The translations under genes and the position numbers were made by a program. The notes beneath the pieces were generated by a model. The model was not told the DNA's origin. It was given only the letters and a program-made list of their open reading frames with translations, and did no database searches. A DNA stretch of 37,683 bases from Candidatus Acetothermia bacterium (GTDB lineage Bacteria; Bipolaricaulota; Bipolaricaulia; RBG-16-55-9; DRXL01), in contig JAPWVB010000002.1 in the NCBI GenBank assembly GCA_028275205.1, forward strand, positions 1 through 37,683, given 5' to 3'. Positions 1 through 10,000 of the stretch are shown here, piece after piece. Numbering within the stretch: position 1 is the first letter of the stretch; each line of letters begins with the position of its first letter.

Positions 1-1
1 A

Positions 2-1411
2 GAGCCCACGGAGATTCGCGCAATTCAGCTCACCGGAGCGACAGTCTACCCTCTGAAACGTCTGCAAGCTCTCATCGGGAAGCTCCCTCAGGGGCCGGTC
101 AATAACTTTGCGCTCTTGACGGCCCTCAAGCGCGTCTACGACCTCTATCGCGTCGAGGGCTATATATTAGTCAACTTCATCAAAGAGTCTCTTGCAGACG
201 GCGTGCTCACCGTGCGCATCACCGAGGGGAAGATCACCAAAGTCACGATCTCCAACGCGTGCAAGCCCGGCGCCAAGTCTGTGATCATCCCCAAGGTGTT
301 GGAATTCCCGCGACAGTGCACCTCGGAGATGGTCATCCGCAAGGCGCTGCGCCTGAAGGAAGGGGATCTCGTCAACGAGAACCCCTTGCGCGACAGCTTC
401 AGAAATCTCTTGCAGTTGGGATATTTTAAGCAAGATGGCGTGAACATCCAACCCAAGGTGCTCGACGAGTCCACCGGGGAAGTAGAACTGTTGGTCAGCG
501 TCGTCGAAGAAGATCAGCTTGGCAATCTCAAGGGAGGCTTGAGCTACAACCCTCAGGTGGGGCTGGTGGGGCAATTCAGCTTGGGATGGAAGAATATCTT
601 GGGGACAGCCCAAGATCTCGATCTGTCAGTTGATCGCGGGCTGGTCGGCAAAGCCGTCCTCAATTACTCCGTGAATTATAAGACGACCGCGTACTTCAGA
701 GAGTACAACTCCGTCGAGGTCTCGCTCTTCAACAACACATCGCAGCAGACCGATCCCAAACCCCACGAGATGACCAAGGCAGGCGCGACTTTCGCCGTGA
801 GCTACCCCGTGCTGTCCAATCTCACGCTGACGCTGCGCTTCCGCTACGAGAACGTCTGGAAGGCTGAGCCCATCAACGAGAAGAGTTTAATTATGTCCCT
901 GGGGCTGGATGTGGTCCACGACACGAGAAATAACCCACTCTTCCCAACCTCCGGGGGCGAAGTGATCTTCATGGGGGAGCAAGCGGGCAAGTTCGCCGTG
1001 GGCACAGAGTTCACCAAGCTCCAAGGGATCTGGACCCATCATTGGATGACTCTTGAGCGCCAGACGATCTCCGTCAGGCTCTATGGGGCTCTGGGCTTGA
1101 CCCTGCCCTCGCAAGAGCGCTTTGGGTTTGGCGGGGTGATGACCGTGCGCGGCTGGGAGATGCGCTTCACTGAGCGATTTGCTTTGGCCAATCTCGAATA
1201 TCGCATGGAGCTCGCCGAAAACATTTGGGGCGTCTTCTACTATGACGCCGGGTGGGCGGAGGAGGTGGGATGGCGACAGTCGCTCGGCTTTGAGATGCGC
1301 TTGGTGACAGGCTTCGTGGGAAACGTGCGATTCATCTTGGCCTGGCCGTTCTACGAGACGGGCCTGCAGATCGCACCGGTCTTTCAGTTTGGCTTTGGCA
1401 CGATGTTCTAA
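2..1411 (+). CDS. bamA: BamA/Omp85-family outer-membrane protein assembly factor, 5'-truncated by the window edge (last POTRA plus surface-antigen beta-barrel)
   Basis: The reading frame is open from nt 2, with no stop upstream of the TTG at 116, so the gene enters from the left edge. The N-terminal part is POTRA-like (LTVRITEGKITKVTI). The C-terminal part has alternating Gly/aromatic beta-strands and ends ...FQFGFGTMF, a C-terminal Phe OMP beta-signal. It ends in a double stop (TAATAA). A skp-like gene and fabZ follow, as in classical bamA clusters. Confidence 0.8.
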   Translation, partial: EPTEIRAIQLTGATVYPLKRLQALIGKLPQGPVNNFALLTALKRVYDLYRVEGYILVNFIKESLADGVLTVRITEGKITKVTISNACKPGAKSVIIPKVLEFPRQCTSEMVIRKALRLKEGDLVNENPLRDSFRNLLQLGYFKQDGVNIQPKVLDESTGEVELLVSVVEEDQLGNLKGGLSYNPQVGLVGQFSLGWKNILGTAQDLDLSVDRGLVGKAVLNYSVNYKTTAYFREYNSVEVSLFNNTSQQTDPKPHEMTKAGATFAVSYPVLSNLTLTLRFRYENVWKAEPINEKSLIMSLGLDVVHDTRNNPLFPTSGGEVIFMGEQAGKFAVGTEFTKLQGIWTHHWMTLERQTISVRLYGALGLTLPSQERFGFGGVMTVRGWEMRFTERFALANLEYRMELAENIWGVFYYDAGWAEEVGWRQSLGFEMRLVTGFVGNVRFILAWPFYETGLQIAPVFQFGFGTMF

Positions 1412-1436
1412 TAACTCTTACGAAGGAGGAAACGCT

Positions 1437-1988
1437 ATGCAAATCAGAATTCTGCTTGGGATCGGCCTTGTGGCGGCGGCGCTGGTGTTGGGAGGATGTC
1501 AGTCCCAAGGGGGTGCGCAAAATCTCGATGACTTGCGCGCCAAGATCGCTCAGCTCGAAAAGGAAGTCCAGGACTTAAAAGCTCAGCTCGCCCAAAGCGG
1601 GAAGGGCCTGCGGATCGCTTACATCAACGCAGAAAAAGTCTTCCAAGACTACAAGAAGACTGGCGAGGCCGTGGAGAAATTCCGCGCCGAAGCCGAGAAG
1701 AAGCAAAGCGAGCTCAAGGCCCTCCAAGATAAATTTAAGAAGGGGCTGATGAGCGAGGAGGAGTTCAATCGAGAGGCAGCCCGCATCCAACAAGAGCTCC
1801 AGCGCCTGGACTTGGAGCTGACCGCGCAGATCCAAGGGGAGATGATCAAAGCCGTGGAGCAAGTTGCTAAGGAGCGTGGGTATCACTGGGTGACCCAGCG
1901 CAAGGACGTCGTCCTCTACGCCGATCCCCAAGTGCTCGAAGATATTACATACGATGTGCTGAAGATTCTCAATGCTCAAGGGCAGTGA
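1437..1988 (+). CDS. skp: OmpH/Skp-family periplasmic chaperone, lipoprotein form
   Basis: The ATG at 1437 is preceded by GGAGGA (1424-1429); the ORF-track start at 1389 is an upstream extension. There is a signal peptide with a lipobox (LVLGGC). The body is a coiled coil rich in K/E/Q (YINAEKVFQDYKKTGEAVEKFRAEAEKKQSELKALQDKF), typical of OmpH. It lies directly after bamA. Confidence 0.78.
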   Translation: MQIRILLGIGLVAAALVLGGCQSQGGAQNLDDLRAKIAQLEKEVQDLKAQLAQSGKGLRIAYINAEKVFQDYKKTGEAVEKFRAEAEKKQSELKALQDKFKKGLMSEEEFNREAARIQQELQRLDLELTAQIQGEMIKAVEQVAKERGYHWVTQRKDVVLYADPQVLEDITYDVLKILNAQGQ

Positions 1989-1989
1989 G

Positions 1990-2415
1990 ATGGGCACCGA
2001 GGAGATTCTGCGGATCTTGCCCCATCGCTACCCGTTCTTGCTCGTTGACCGGGTGTTGGGATGGAGCAGCACGCGGGTGCGAGCGCTCAAGAACGTCACC
2101 CACAACGAGCCGTTCTTTATGGGGCACTTTCCTGAGCGTCCCATCATGCCTGGGGTCTTGATCCTAGAGGGCCTGGCCCAGACGGTGGGGCTGCTGGTCA
2201 GCCAAGAGCACCCTGGCAAGAGGGGCTACTTAGTCGGGATCGATCGGGCGCGGTTCCGCCGTCCCGTTCACCCCGGCGATACACTCATCTATGAAGTTGA
2301 ACTGAAGCGGAGCAAGGCGGGAGTATATCGCGCCCAAGCCCAGGCCACCGTCGAGGGTACCGTCGTCGCCGAAGCGCTCCTCTCTGTGGCTGTCACTGAA
2401 GAGATCGAGGAGTAG
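1990..2415 (+). CDS. fabZ: 3-hydroxyacyl-ACP dehydratase FabZ
   Basis: Hot-dog fold hallmarks are present: ILPHRYPFLLVDRV and HFPERPIMPGVLILEGLAQ. The in-frame ATG at 1990 lies just after the skp stop (TGA 1986-1988). Confidence 0.93.
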   Translation: MGTEEILRILPHRYPFLLVDRVLGWSSTRVRALKNVTHNEPFFMGHFPERPIMPGVLILEGLAQTVGLLVSQEHPGKRGYLVGIDRARFRRPVHPGDTLIYEVELKRSKAGVYRAQAQATVEGTVVAEALLSVAVTEEIEE

Positions 2416-2418
2416 GCT

Positions 2419-3330
2419 ATGAAACCGTTAGTCGAGTCTGTGCCTAATATCAGCGAGGGTCGAGATCACTCGAAGATCGAAGCGATAGTCACGGCGGTGC
2501 GCGAGACTCCAGGGGCCATCGTGCTTGATGTCGACCCCGACACCGATCACAACCGCACGGTCATCACTTTTGTCGGGGAGCCGAAAGCTGTGGAGACGGC
2601 GGTCTTAAACTTAGTCGCAAAAGCCGTGGAACTGATCGATCTGACGAAGCACAAAGGGGAGCATCCGCGCATGGGGGCCGTAGATGTCATCCCCTTTGTG
2701 CCCTTGCGTAAGGTGACGAAGAAGGAGTGCATTGAGCTAGCGCGGCGCGTCGGCCAAGCGATCTGGGAGCGCTTCAAGGTTCCCGTCTATCTCTATGAGG
2801 ACGCGGCGACCCGCCCAGAACGCAAAGATCTCGCCAACATCCGCAAGGGGGAGTTTGAGAACTTCTTCAAGAAGATCCAAGAGCCCGACTGGGCCCCCGA
2901 TTTTGGCGAACGCCTCGTTCATCCCACGGCGGGGGTCACTGCGGTGGGTGTCCGACCCCCTCTGATCGCGTTCAACGTCAACCTGGGGACAAATAATTTA
3001 GAGATTGCTAAGAGCATTGCCAAGGCGATCCGGGGTTCTGATGGCGGCCTGCGCTATGTCAAAGCGTTAGGATTTGCTCTGGAGGGCCGGGGCATCGTCC
3101 AAGTCTCTATGAATCTGACGAACTTCGAGAAGACCCCGCTCTATCAAGTCTTTGAGCTGATCAAGTGCGAGGCCGACCGCTGGGGGGTGCCCATCGTGGG
3201 GAGCGAGATCGTGGGGCTTGTCCCCCAGGCGGCGCTCCTCCAAGTCGCGGAGCACTTCCTCCGGCTTGAGAACTTCAGCTATGACCAAGTGTTAGAGAAC
3301 CGTCTGGCCCAGTGTCTCGAAGAGTCCTGA
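2419..3330 (+). CDS. ftcD: Glutamate formimidoyltransferase (stand-alone FtcD N-terminal transferase domain, no cyclodeaminase part)
   Basis: The N-terminal VPNISEGRD motif and the ~300 aa length are typical of formiminotransferase. A GAGGAG RBS lies 6 nt upstream of the ATG. Confidence 0.85.
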   Translation: MKPLVESVPNISEGRDHSKIEAIVTAVRETPGAIVLDVDPDTDHNRTVITFVGEPKAVETAVLNLVAKAVELIDLTKHKGEHPRMGAVDVIPFVPLRKVTKKECIELARRVGQAIWERFKVPVYLYEDAATRPERKDLANIRKGEFENFFKKIQEPDWAPDFGERLVHPTAGVTAVGVRPPLIAFNVNLGTNNLEIAKSIAKAIRGSDGGLRYVKALGFALEGRGIVQVSMNLTNFEKTPLYQVFELIKCEADRWGVPIVGSEIVGLVPQAALLQVAEHFLRLENFSYDQVLENRLAQCLEES

Positions 3331-3374
3331 CCCTCTTCCTTCCCTAGGAAAGTGGGCACAGCTAGGATCGAGCT

Positions 3375-4739
3375 GTGTATCGCTCTGTTACGGTCTTAGG
3401 GGCTGGGCGCAGCGGCCTCGCCGCCGCTCGTGCCCTGCGCCACTTAGGAGCTGACGTCTTCGTCAGTGAGCAAGGGGCTCTCGATCAACAAATTAAAGCC
3501 GAGCTTACCCAGCTGGGCATCGCTTTTGAGGAACACGGCCACACCGAGCGCGCTCTCGCTTCTGCCCAGCTGATCGTCCTCTCCCCTGGAGTCTCTATAA
3601 AAACTCCTATCGTCCAACACGCTCGCAAGCGGGGTATTCCCGTCTGGGGCGAGTTGGAGCTCGCGTATCGTCTCTGTCCCAGCGAGAAAATTATTGCTGT
3701 GACGGGCACCAACGGCAAGAGCACCACGACAAAACTCATCGAAGAGTTGCTCGCCCAAAGCGGGCGGAGAGCCCTCAGCGCAGGCAACATCGGGACACCG
3801 CTCATCGCCCATCTTAACGAGATTACTCCAGAGACCATCGTCGTCTTGGAAGTGAGCAGCTTTCAGCTTGAGTCCATCGAGAGCTTTCGGCCCGCTGTTG
3901 CAGTCTTTTTAAATATCGCGCCGAACCATCTCGATCGTCACGAGAACTTCTCTGAGTATCTTTCTACGAAGTGTCGGATCTTCGAGAACCAAACCGAACG
4001 TGATCTCTTAGTGCTTCCGAGGGATCTCTCCCTCCCCAAGCGCCCCCGCTCCCGGATCGTCTATTATGATGAGCTGCTCCCAGAGCTGAGCTCTCTGAAG
4101 GCGCCCGCTCATCTCAAAAGAGATATTGCAGCAGCGTGGGCGGCAGCGCGCGCCTTCGTCCCCGATATGCCTCTTCCATCCCCAGAGATCTGCTCCCGCG
4201 TGCGCCTCCCCCATCGCCAGGAGTTCATAGCAGAGATCAACAGGGTGAAGTTCTATGACGATTCCAAGGCGACGACCGTCCACGCCACGCTCGCGGCGCT
4301 CGACGCTTTTGAAGAGCCATTAGTGTTGATCTTAGGCGGGCGCAATAAGAATCTCGACTTTGCGCCGCTGGCTGCGGCGCTGCGCTCCAAGCCGATCTGC
4401 GAGATTCTCTTAATGGGCGAAGCCGCACCTCAGATCGCCCAGGCCCTGCAAGCAGCCCAGATCACGCAATTTTCGTTTGTCAAAGATTTCTCCGAGGCGG
4501 TCGCGCGGGCGTTGCGTTACCCTGGGGCGACGTGCCTGCTCTCCCCGGCCTGCGCGAGCTTCGATCAGTTCCGAAATTATGAAGAACGCGGGCAGGCCTT
4601 CCGCGAGGCCGTGCTACGCGCGCGTGATCCAAACTTCACGCTGGCGCGGCCCGTCAAACTCGCAGAAGAAGATCCCTTGCCACGTCCCCAAGAGCAGCTT
4701 CCCGTCAGCAATGGGCACCGTGACCGAGTGCCCCACTAA
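3375..4739 (+). CDS. murD: UDP-N-acetylmuramoyl-L-alanine--D-glutamate ligase MurD
   Basis: N-terminal Rossmann motif (LGAGRSGLAAARAL), Mur ligase P-loop (VTGTNGKSTT), and the usual family C-terminal region (SFDQFRNYEERGQAFREAV). About 40 non-conserved residues follow that region, and they overlap yjbQ on the opposite strand. Confidence 0.9.
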   Translation: MYRSVTVLGAGRSGLAAARALRHLGADVFVSEQGALDQQIKAELTQLGIAFEEHGHTERALASAQLIVLSPGVSIKTPIVQHARKRGIPVWGELELAYRLCPSEKIIAVTGTNGKSTTTKLIEELLAQSGRRALSAGNIGTPLIAHLNEITPETIVVLEVSSFQLESIESFRPAVAVFLNIAPNHLDRHENFSEYLSTKCRIFENQTERDLLVLPRDLSLPKRPRSRIVYYDELLPELSSLKAPAHLKRDIAAAWAAARAFVPDMPLPSPEICSRVRLPHRQEFIAEINRVKFYDDSKATTVHATLAALDAFEEPLVLILGGRNKNLDFAPLAAALRSKPICEILLMGEAAPQIAQALQAAQITQFSFVKDFSEAVARALRYPGATCLLSPACASFDQFRNYEERGQAFREAVLRARDPNFTLARPVKLAEEDPLPRPQEQLPVSNGHRDRVPH

Positions 4740-5006
4740 GCTCGCGCGAATATGGGCGTGGGCGTTCCCCTCGGCGTGTTGGTAGAACGGCCCTGCGGGC
4801 ACTAACTTACCCAAAGCCGTGAGAATATCTTCTTTGACGGAAGGGTCTGCGTGCTCATTGATGGTGATCGCGGCGGTGGTGTGCGGCACAAAGAGCACAC
4901 ACGCGCCCTCGCTTATCCCCAGCTCGCGCACCGCCCGCTGCACTCGCTCGGTAATGTCAATCAGCTCTTGCTTGGCTTGAGTCTTAATAGTCAGCTTTAT
5001 CATCAC
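4614..5006 (-). CDS. yjbQ: YjbQ/UPF0047 family protein (secondary thiamine-phosphate synthase-like)
   Basis: Family motifs are present: VPHTTAAITINEHADPSVKEDI, GNAHAHIRASLVGHS and LGTWQGIFFCEFDGPRQR. Its start overlaps the stop of the upstream EF-G-like gene by 4 nt. Confidence 0.85.
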   Translation of the reverse strand: MMIKLTIKTQAKQELIDITERVQRAVRELGISEGACVLFVPHTTAAITINEHADPSVKEDILTALGKLVPAGPFYQHAEGNAHAHIRASLVGHSVTVPIADGKLLLGTWQGIFFCEFDGPRQREVWITRA

Positions 5007-7003
5007 TTCGCTTCAGCTGCGGGCTTGCCTAAGGTCTTCCCTTCGCGCTTGAGTAACTCTTCCGTGAGCTTCTCGCTGGTCACGACTTGATAGCGGACAA
5101 ACTCCATCTGGAACGTGGCTCGTCCTTGGGTGAGCGATTTGAGCTCCAACGCATAGTCGAGCATCTCCGCGAGGGGGACTTCGGCCTCGATCTTGTCAAT
5201 CTTTATATGGCTATCGGTTGACTCCTCGGCCATCCCCATCCCCAAGATCCGTCCGCGCTTCCCGTTGAGATTGCTAATAATATCCCCGGTGAAGTCCGAG
5301 GGCGTCCAGATCGTCACTTTATAGATGGGTTCGAGCAGGGCCGGCTGCGCCGCTTGAGCTGCCAGCCGAAACGCATGCGCCCCAGCGATCTTAAAAGATA
5401 TTTCGTTCGAGTCCACCTCGTGATAGCTCCCGTAATAGACCGCTACGCGGATGTCAGTCATAGGGTATCCAGCTAAGATCCCTTGCTGCATCGCCTCAAG
5501 AACGCCCTTCTCGACAGCGGGGATGAACTCCCTAGGGATGACACCACCTTTGACTTCGTCCACGAACTCATAGGTCTTCCCAGGGATGGGCTCGACCCGA
5601 AGATGGGCTTCGCCGTATTGGCCGCGCCCGCCGCTCTGCTTTTTGTGTTTGTATTGCCCCTGAGCCACTTTGAGGATCGTCTCTTTATACGGAACATGCG
5701 GACGATGCATCTTCACCGAGACCCCGTAGCGATTCTTCAAGCGCTCCACAAAGACATTGAGATGGGTGTCGCCCAGCCCCGCCAGGATCGCTTCGTGGGT
5801 CACGCTATCGCGATAGAAATCCAAAGTGGCTTTGAGGCTGGCGATCTCTTTGAGGGCGCTACTCATCTTCTCGTCGTCAGCTTGGGTTTCAGGGGTGACG
5901 GCGCGGGCGAAGACCGGCTTGGGGAACTCTATCCATGGGAGGGGCTGGACCGTGGCCTCAGCGGCAAACGTCTCGCCCAGCTTACAATCGCTCAGCTTCG
6001 CTAACGCGATGATCTCCCCGGCGCGGGCCTGGGGGATCTTCTCCGTCTTATCCCCATGGAACCGTAAGATCTCCTTGACGCGCTCCTGCGCCCCAGTATT
6101 GATATTGACGATCGTGTCCCCTTCGGAGAGCTGCCCCCGCGAGATCTTCAAGAAAGCGAGCCTCCCCAGATACTGATCGGAGAAGAGATTGAACGCTTGA
6201 GCAAGGAAGCTCCCATTGGGCGCGGCAGCAAACGCTGGGGTGGCCGTCTGGAGGAACCCCAGCAGGGCATCTATGCCTACGCCAGTAGCTACTGAAGTGC
6301 AGAGAATTGGGCTGAAGAGCTGCGCTTTCAAGGCCTCCTGGAGCGCAGCTTTGATCTCTTCCGTGGGGATCTCCTGCCCTTCTAAAAAGTGCACCATCAG
6401 CTCGTCGTTGGCCTCGGCGAGCACTTCTAAGAGCTTCTCGCGCTCGGCTGCGATAGTCCCTTGGAGAGTGCTTGGGATCTCGCCCTTGCGCTTGTCCCCA
6501 TAGATCGCTTTGTTCTCAATGAGATCGACATAGCCCACCAAGTTCGACCCTTCATAGATGGGGAACTGCAAGAAGGCGAAACGTCCAGGGAGCATTGTCC
6601 GCACGGACTCGACGGCTTGAGAGAAGTTCGCGTTGGGCAGGTCGAGCTTGTTGATCAGGACGAGAGCGGGCTTTTTGAACTTGCGGATGAGCTCCCACGC
6701 CTTTTCGGTGTGGACCTCGACGCCCTTCTCCGCGTTGATCACGAGCACGGCCGCCTCTGAGGCCCAGAGGGCTTTATAGACCTCCTCGATGAACTCGCTG
6801 AAGCCAGGGGTATCGAGAATCTGGAGGAGCTTCTCCCCCTGGACGAGGCTGCCCACCCCAAGATCTACCGAGTGTCCGCGGCTTTTGGCCTCGGGAGTGA
6901 AATCGAACTTGGCCTCATGGCCCGCCCGCTTGAGGAGCGCCTCTGCGAGCGCTGTCTTGCCTGAGCTGGCGTGTCCCACAAAACAAATGGTCCGTACTTC
7001 CAT
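5003..7003 (-). CDS. Elongation factor G paralog (EF-G2-like translational GTPase)
   Basis: G1 is GHASSGKT, G3 is DTPG and G4 is NKLD. EF-G domain II-V-like sequence follows through to the C-terminus. The 666 aa length and the non-canonical G1 (not AHIDAGKTT) suggest a paralog rather than the primary fusA. Confidence 0.87.
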   Translation of the reverse strand: MEVRTICFVGHASSGKTALAEALLKRAGHEAKFDFTPEAKSRGHSVDLGVGSLVQGEKLLQILDTPGFSEFIEEVYKALWASEAAVLVINAEKGVEVHTEKAWELIRKFKKPALVLINKLDLPNANFSQAVESVRTMLPGRFAFLQFPIYEGSNLVGYVDLIENKAIYGDKRKGEIPSTLQGTIAAEREKLLEVLAEANDELMVHFLEGQEIPTEEIKAALQEALKAQLFSPILCTSVATGVGIDALLGFLQTATPAFAAAPNGSFLAQAFNLFSDQYLGRLAFLKISRGQLSEGDTIVNINTGAQERVKEILRFHGDKTEKIPQARAGEIIALAKLSDCKLGETFAAEATVQPLPWIEFPKPVFARAVTPETQADDEKMSSALKEIASLKATLDFYRDSVTHEAILAGLGDTHLNVFVERLKNRYGVSVKMHRPHVPYKETILKVAQGQYKHKKQSGGRGQYGEAHLRVEPIPGKTYEFVDEVKGGVIPREFIPAVEKGVLEAMQQGILAGYPMTDIRVAVYYGSYHEVDSNEISFKIAGAHAFRLAAQAAQPALLEPIYKVTIWTPSDFTGDIISNLNGKRGRILGMGMAEESTDSHIKIDKIEAEVPLAEMLDYALELKSLTQGRATFQMEFVRYQVVTSEKLTEELLKREGKTLGKPAAEAK

Positions 7004-7053
7004 AGGCGAGTGATCACCCCACTGAGTATACTCAAAAAGCGCGGCGCGTGCAG

Positions 7054-10000
7054 CTAGGGCGAGCCGAACGACAATCGGCTATCGGTGGGCGAGTACCGCA
7101 CCCGCGCCGTGGGGAAAGCGTTGATCTGGGCCTGGACCCAGATCCGTTGGCTATCGCTGTAGAGCCCAAGCTGCCAGCACCCGCGACAGAACTGCTTGAC
7201 TATCCCCAATTGCAGCGCCGTCCACCGCTGCGCCCCAAGATCGTACTCGCCCCCAAACGTCAGCTCCCACTCGTTCCAAAGCCATTGTGTCTCCAGATTG
7301 AATCGCCTGAGCGCGAAACGATTGAGATCGAAGTTCGCTCCGAGACGATGCGCGCCCCAGCTTATCTTCAGAATCGTATCTTCAAACTGGCGCTCCGCAA
7401 ACTTATACCCCGTAGAGAGCTGAAGATTCAGCAAGCTCGCGCTCACTGTCAGCCCCACCCTCTGCAAAAGATATGCGTTCAGATCGTACTCAACATCGAA
7501 GCGCGTCTCAAGCCCAAGGAGCGTCTCTTTGAGGGAGATCTGCAGCGGCTCGAAAGCCCTCTTTATAAAGTCGTAACGGACGGAGAGGGCGGGCCTGAAG
7601 GGCACAGTGGCCCAGGTCGCCCGCGCTGCCAACGTGTGCACAAGGGTGAGCGTATCGAAGCTCAAAGGGCTCTGCCCGAAGACTCTTCTATATGAGTACG
7701 TCGCTTCTGCGCTCACCCCAGGGAGCGGGCGCAGGCTCATCCCTACAGTCAGCTCATAGGCGTCTCGGCGGTGCTGAGCTGGCTCATAGAATGAGAGCCG
7801 ATAGCTCGCGCTCCCCTGCACCGTGATGAGCTCGTTCCCCAGTGCTAACGATTGCACTCCTATGAGGGCGTCCCAGCGGGCACTCTCATCGAGGCTCTCT
7901 TGATCGAGCTTCTTCTCGCGATACCGTCCCCAACTGAACGTCCCCAGTACCGAGAGGGGCAGCGACCCGATGCGCAGCGGCACCAGCGAGAGCGAAAACT
8001 CTGGGGCTTTCTCTAAAAAGCGATAGAGCACCGTCTCTTCGCGCTCTTCCGGCAGAACTAAATACTGATCGCGGCTCCACAGCACATTCCAACGCACAAG
8101 ATGAGCGCCTCCCGAGAGGGCGATCCGCGAGGAGAGCCGTTGAATCTCCTGCTGGAGCACCCCAGTCCGCCAGGAGATCGTCCCCGACAGCGTCATAGAG
8201 AAGGGCAGCGTCGCTCGATGGGTCCAATCTGTGGCCCACGACTCCCCGCGCCCCACCAGGCGATAGACCGAGATCTGCCCCTGCGAAGAGAAGAATCTAT
8301 AGCGATATTCGATCCCCATGCCCACCTCAGGGAGCTTCGTATAGTAATCTATGAGCACGGTGCCGGTGTTGTCTTTATCTATCACGAAGGGCCAGCGCCA
8401 GCGCAGATACCAGCCCCGCTCAGGGATCTGCCCAAAATCGGGCAGAAGGGGGTTCTTCGTCTCTTCTTTGAGCGAGGCAAAGTAGACCGGGGCCCAGAAG
8501 ACCGGGACTCCGTACGTCTTCAGGGTGATATTTGTGGCCCAGATGGACTCGTTGGGCTCCAGGCGCACCGTCCCGGCAGCGAGCGAATAATCTGAGCACG
8601 AGATGGGGCCGCACGAGCACGTCGTCACCTCGCCGCGAGTGATCTCCAAGAGCTTCAGATGCCCTTCTGGGGAGAAGGTCGCGCGCGCTGCGCTCCCCGC
8701 AAATCGCAAGATCTCTTGCTTTTTCGCGGCGCTCTCAAAGCGTGTCTCCCCAAGGAAGTCTCGAACGTGCGCGACCCAGGAGGGCTTCATCTGGATCTCG
8801 GCTGCCGTCAAGGTCCCCTGCTCATACGTGATCTGAGCCCTCTCAAGGAGCGCTTCGTCGGTTTGCCACGAGGCGCCATCCCGGCGAATACGAAGCTCCA
8901 GGCGCTCCGCCTGGGCCTTCAGGCCCTCTTCTTCGAAGACGACCTCTCCCTCGGCAACGATCTGCCACTGCTCTGAGGAGCGTCGTGCTTGCACTCTGTG
9001 CGCCGTCAGATGGCTCTTCTCATAGCTTAGTTCGACATGGCCCTCGGCGGAGATCTCGCTCCAATCATGCGTAACAGTCAAGCGATCGGCGTGGAGATCG
9101 AGCGCGAGGGGCGGGAGCTCTTGCGCCCATCCGTTTGCGCTTCCCAGCGCTATAATGAGCGCGAACGGCACGAGCCGCCGCAGCCGTGCAAACAGATCGA
9201 GCCGGCTGAGCCGATCGAGCCAGATCAACAGCACCACCCCGATCACCAAGAAGAGCAGATTGGGCGCCCACGGGGCGAGCACAGGGTCCAGCACCCCGCG
9301 CTTGCCCAACGTCGAGAGCCATAGTAATAATCCCTGATAGCATCCGACCAAAAGCACGCTGATGATCACGCCGGCTGCGCGCCCCCGCGGCGCTCCCCCT
9401 TGGGCAAAGATCAAGCTGAGCGGTGCCCCAAAGAGCGCGAAGATCAGCGCGGAGAAGGGCACCGCGATCTTCGAGTGCACCTCCACGATCAAGCTCTCTG
9501 CTCCCAAGCCACTGCGGCGAAGCACTTCGATCTGCCGGAAAAGCTCCGCAATGCTCATCTCATGCGGGGTCCGCTGCTCCACGAAGAGCCGCTGCAAGAA
9601 CGGCCCCGCCCGCAAAGAGAGCTTCTCAAACGTCACCGTGTACTCGAAGCGACCATCAGGAGTGAGCTTGTGGAGCTTGCCGTCGGTTAAGCGCCAATAG
9701 TCGCCGTCCCAGACCCCCTCAGCAGCGACGATGATCTTGGGGAAGCGCCCCTCAAGCTCCGCGAGGTACTCCCCGCCCCCCTTGTCGAAGATCATCACGT
9801 TCACAAGCTTTTTCGTCGCGGGGTCGTAGCGCTCAATGTACGCATAAGCCGTCTCGCTGAGCTTTATGAACGTGGACTCGCGGATCTGGGGGACCGAGCG
9901 CATGAAGAAGATCTCCCGCAAGAGATCATAATAGCGATGGTTGGCCCAGGGCATCCACAGCTCCCCCACGGCAAACGCGGCCATAGTCGTGATCAGGCCC

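Noticed and set aside
9124-9219. The LptF/G and LptD parts as two normal adjacent genes mis-joined by the ORF finder
   Set aside because: This is not supported by the given sequence. There is no stop codon in frame anywhere near the junction and no ATG, GTG or TTG with an SD at the start of the signal-peptide-like segment. A sequencing indel cannot be excluded without reads, so this stays as the stated refutation test rather than being fully dismissed.
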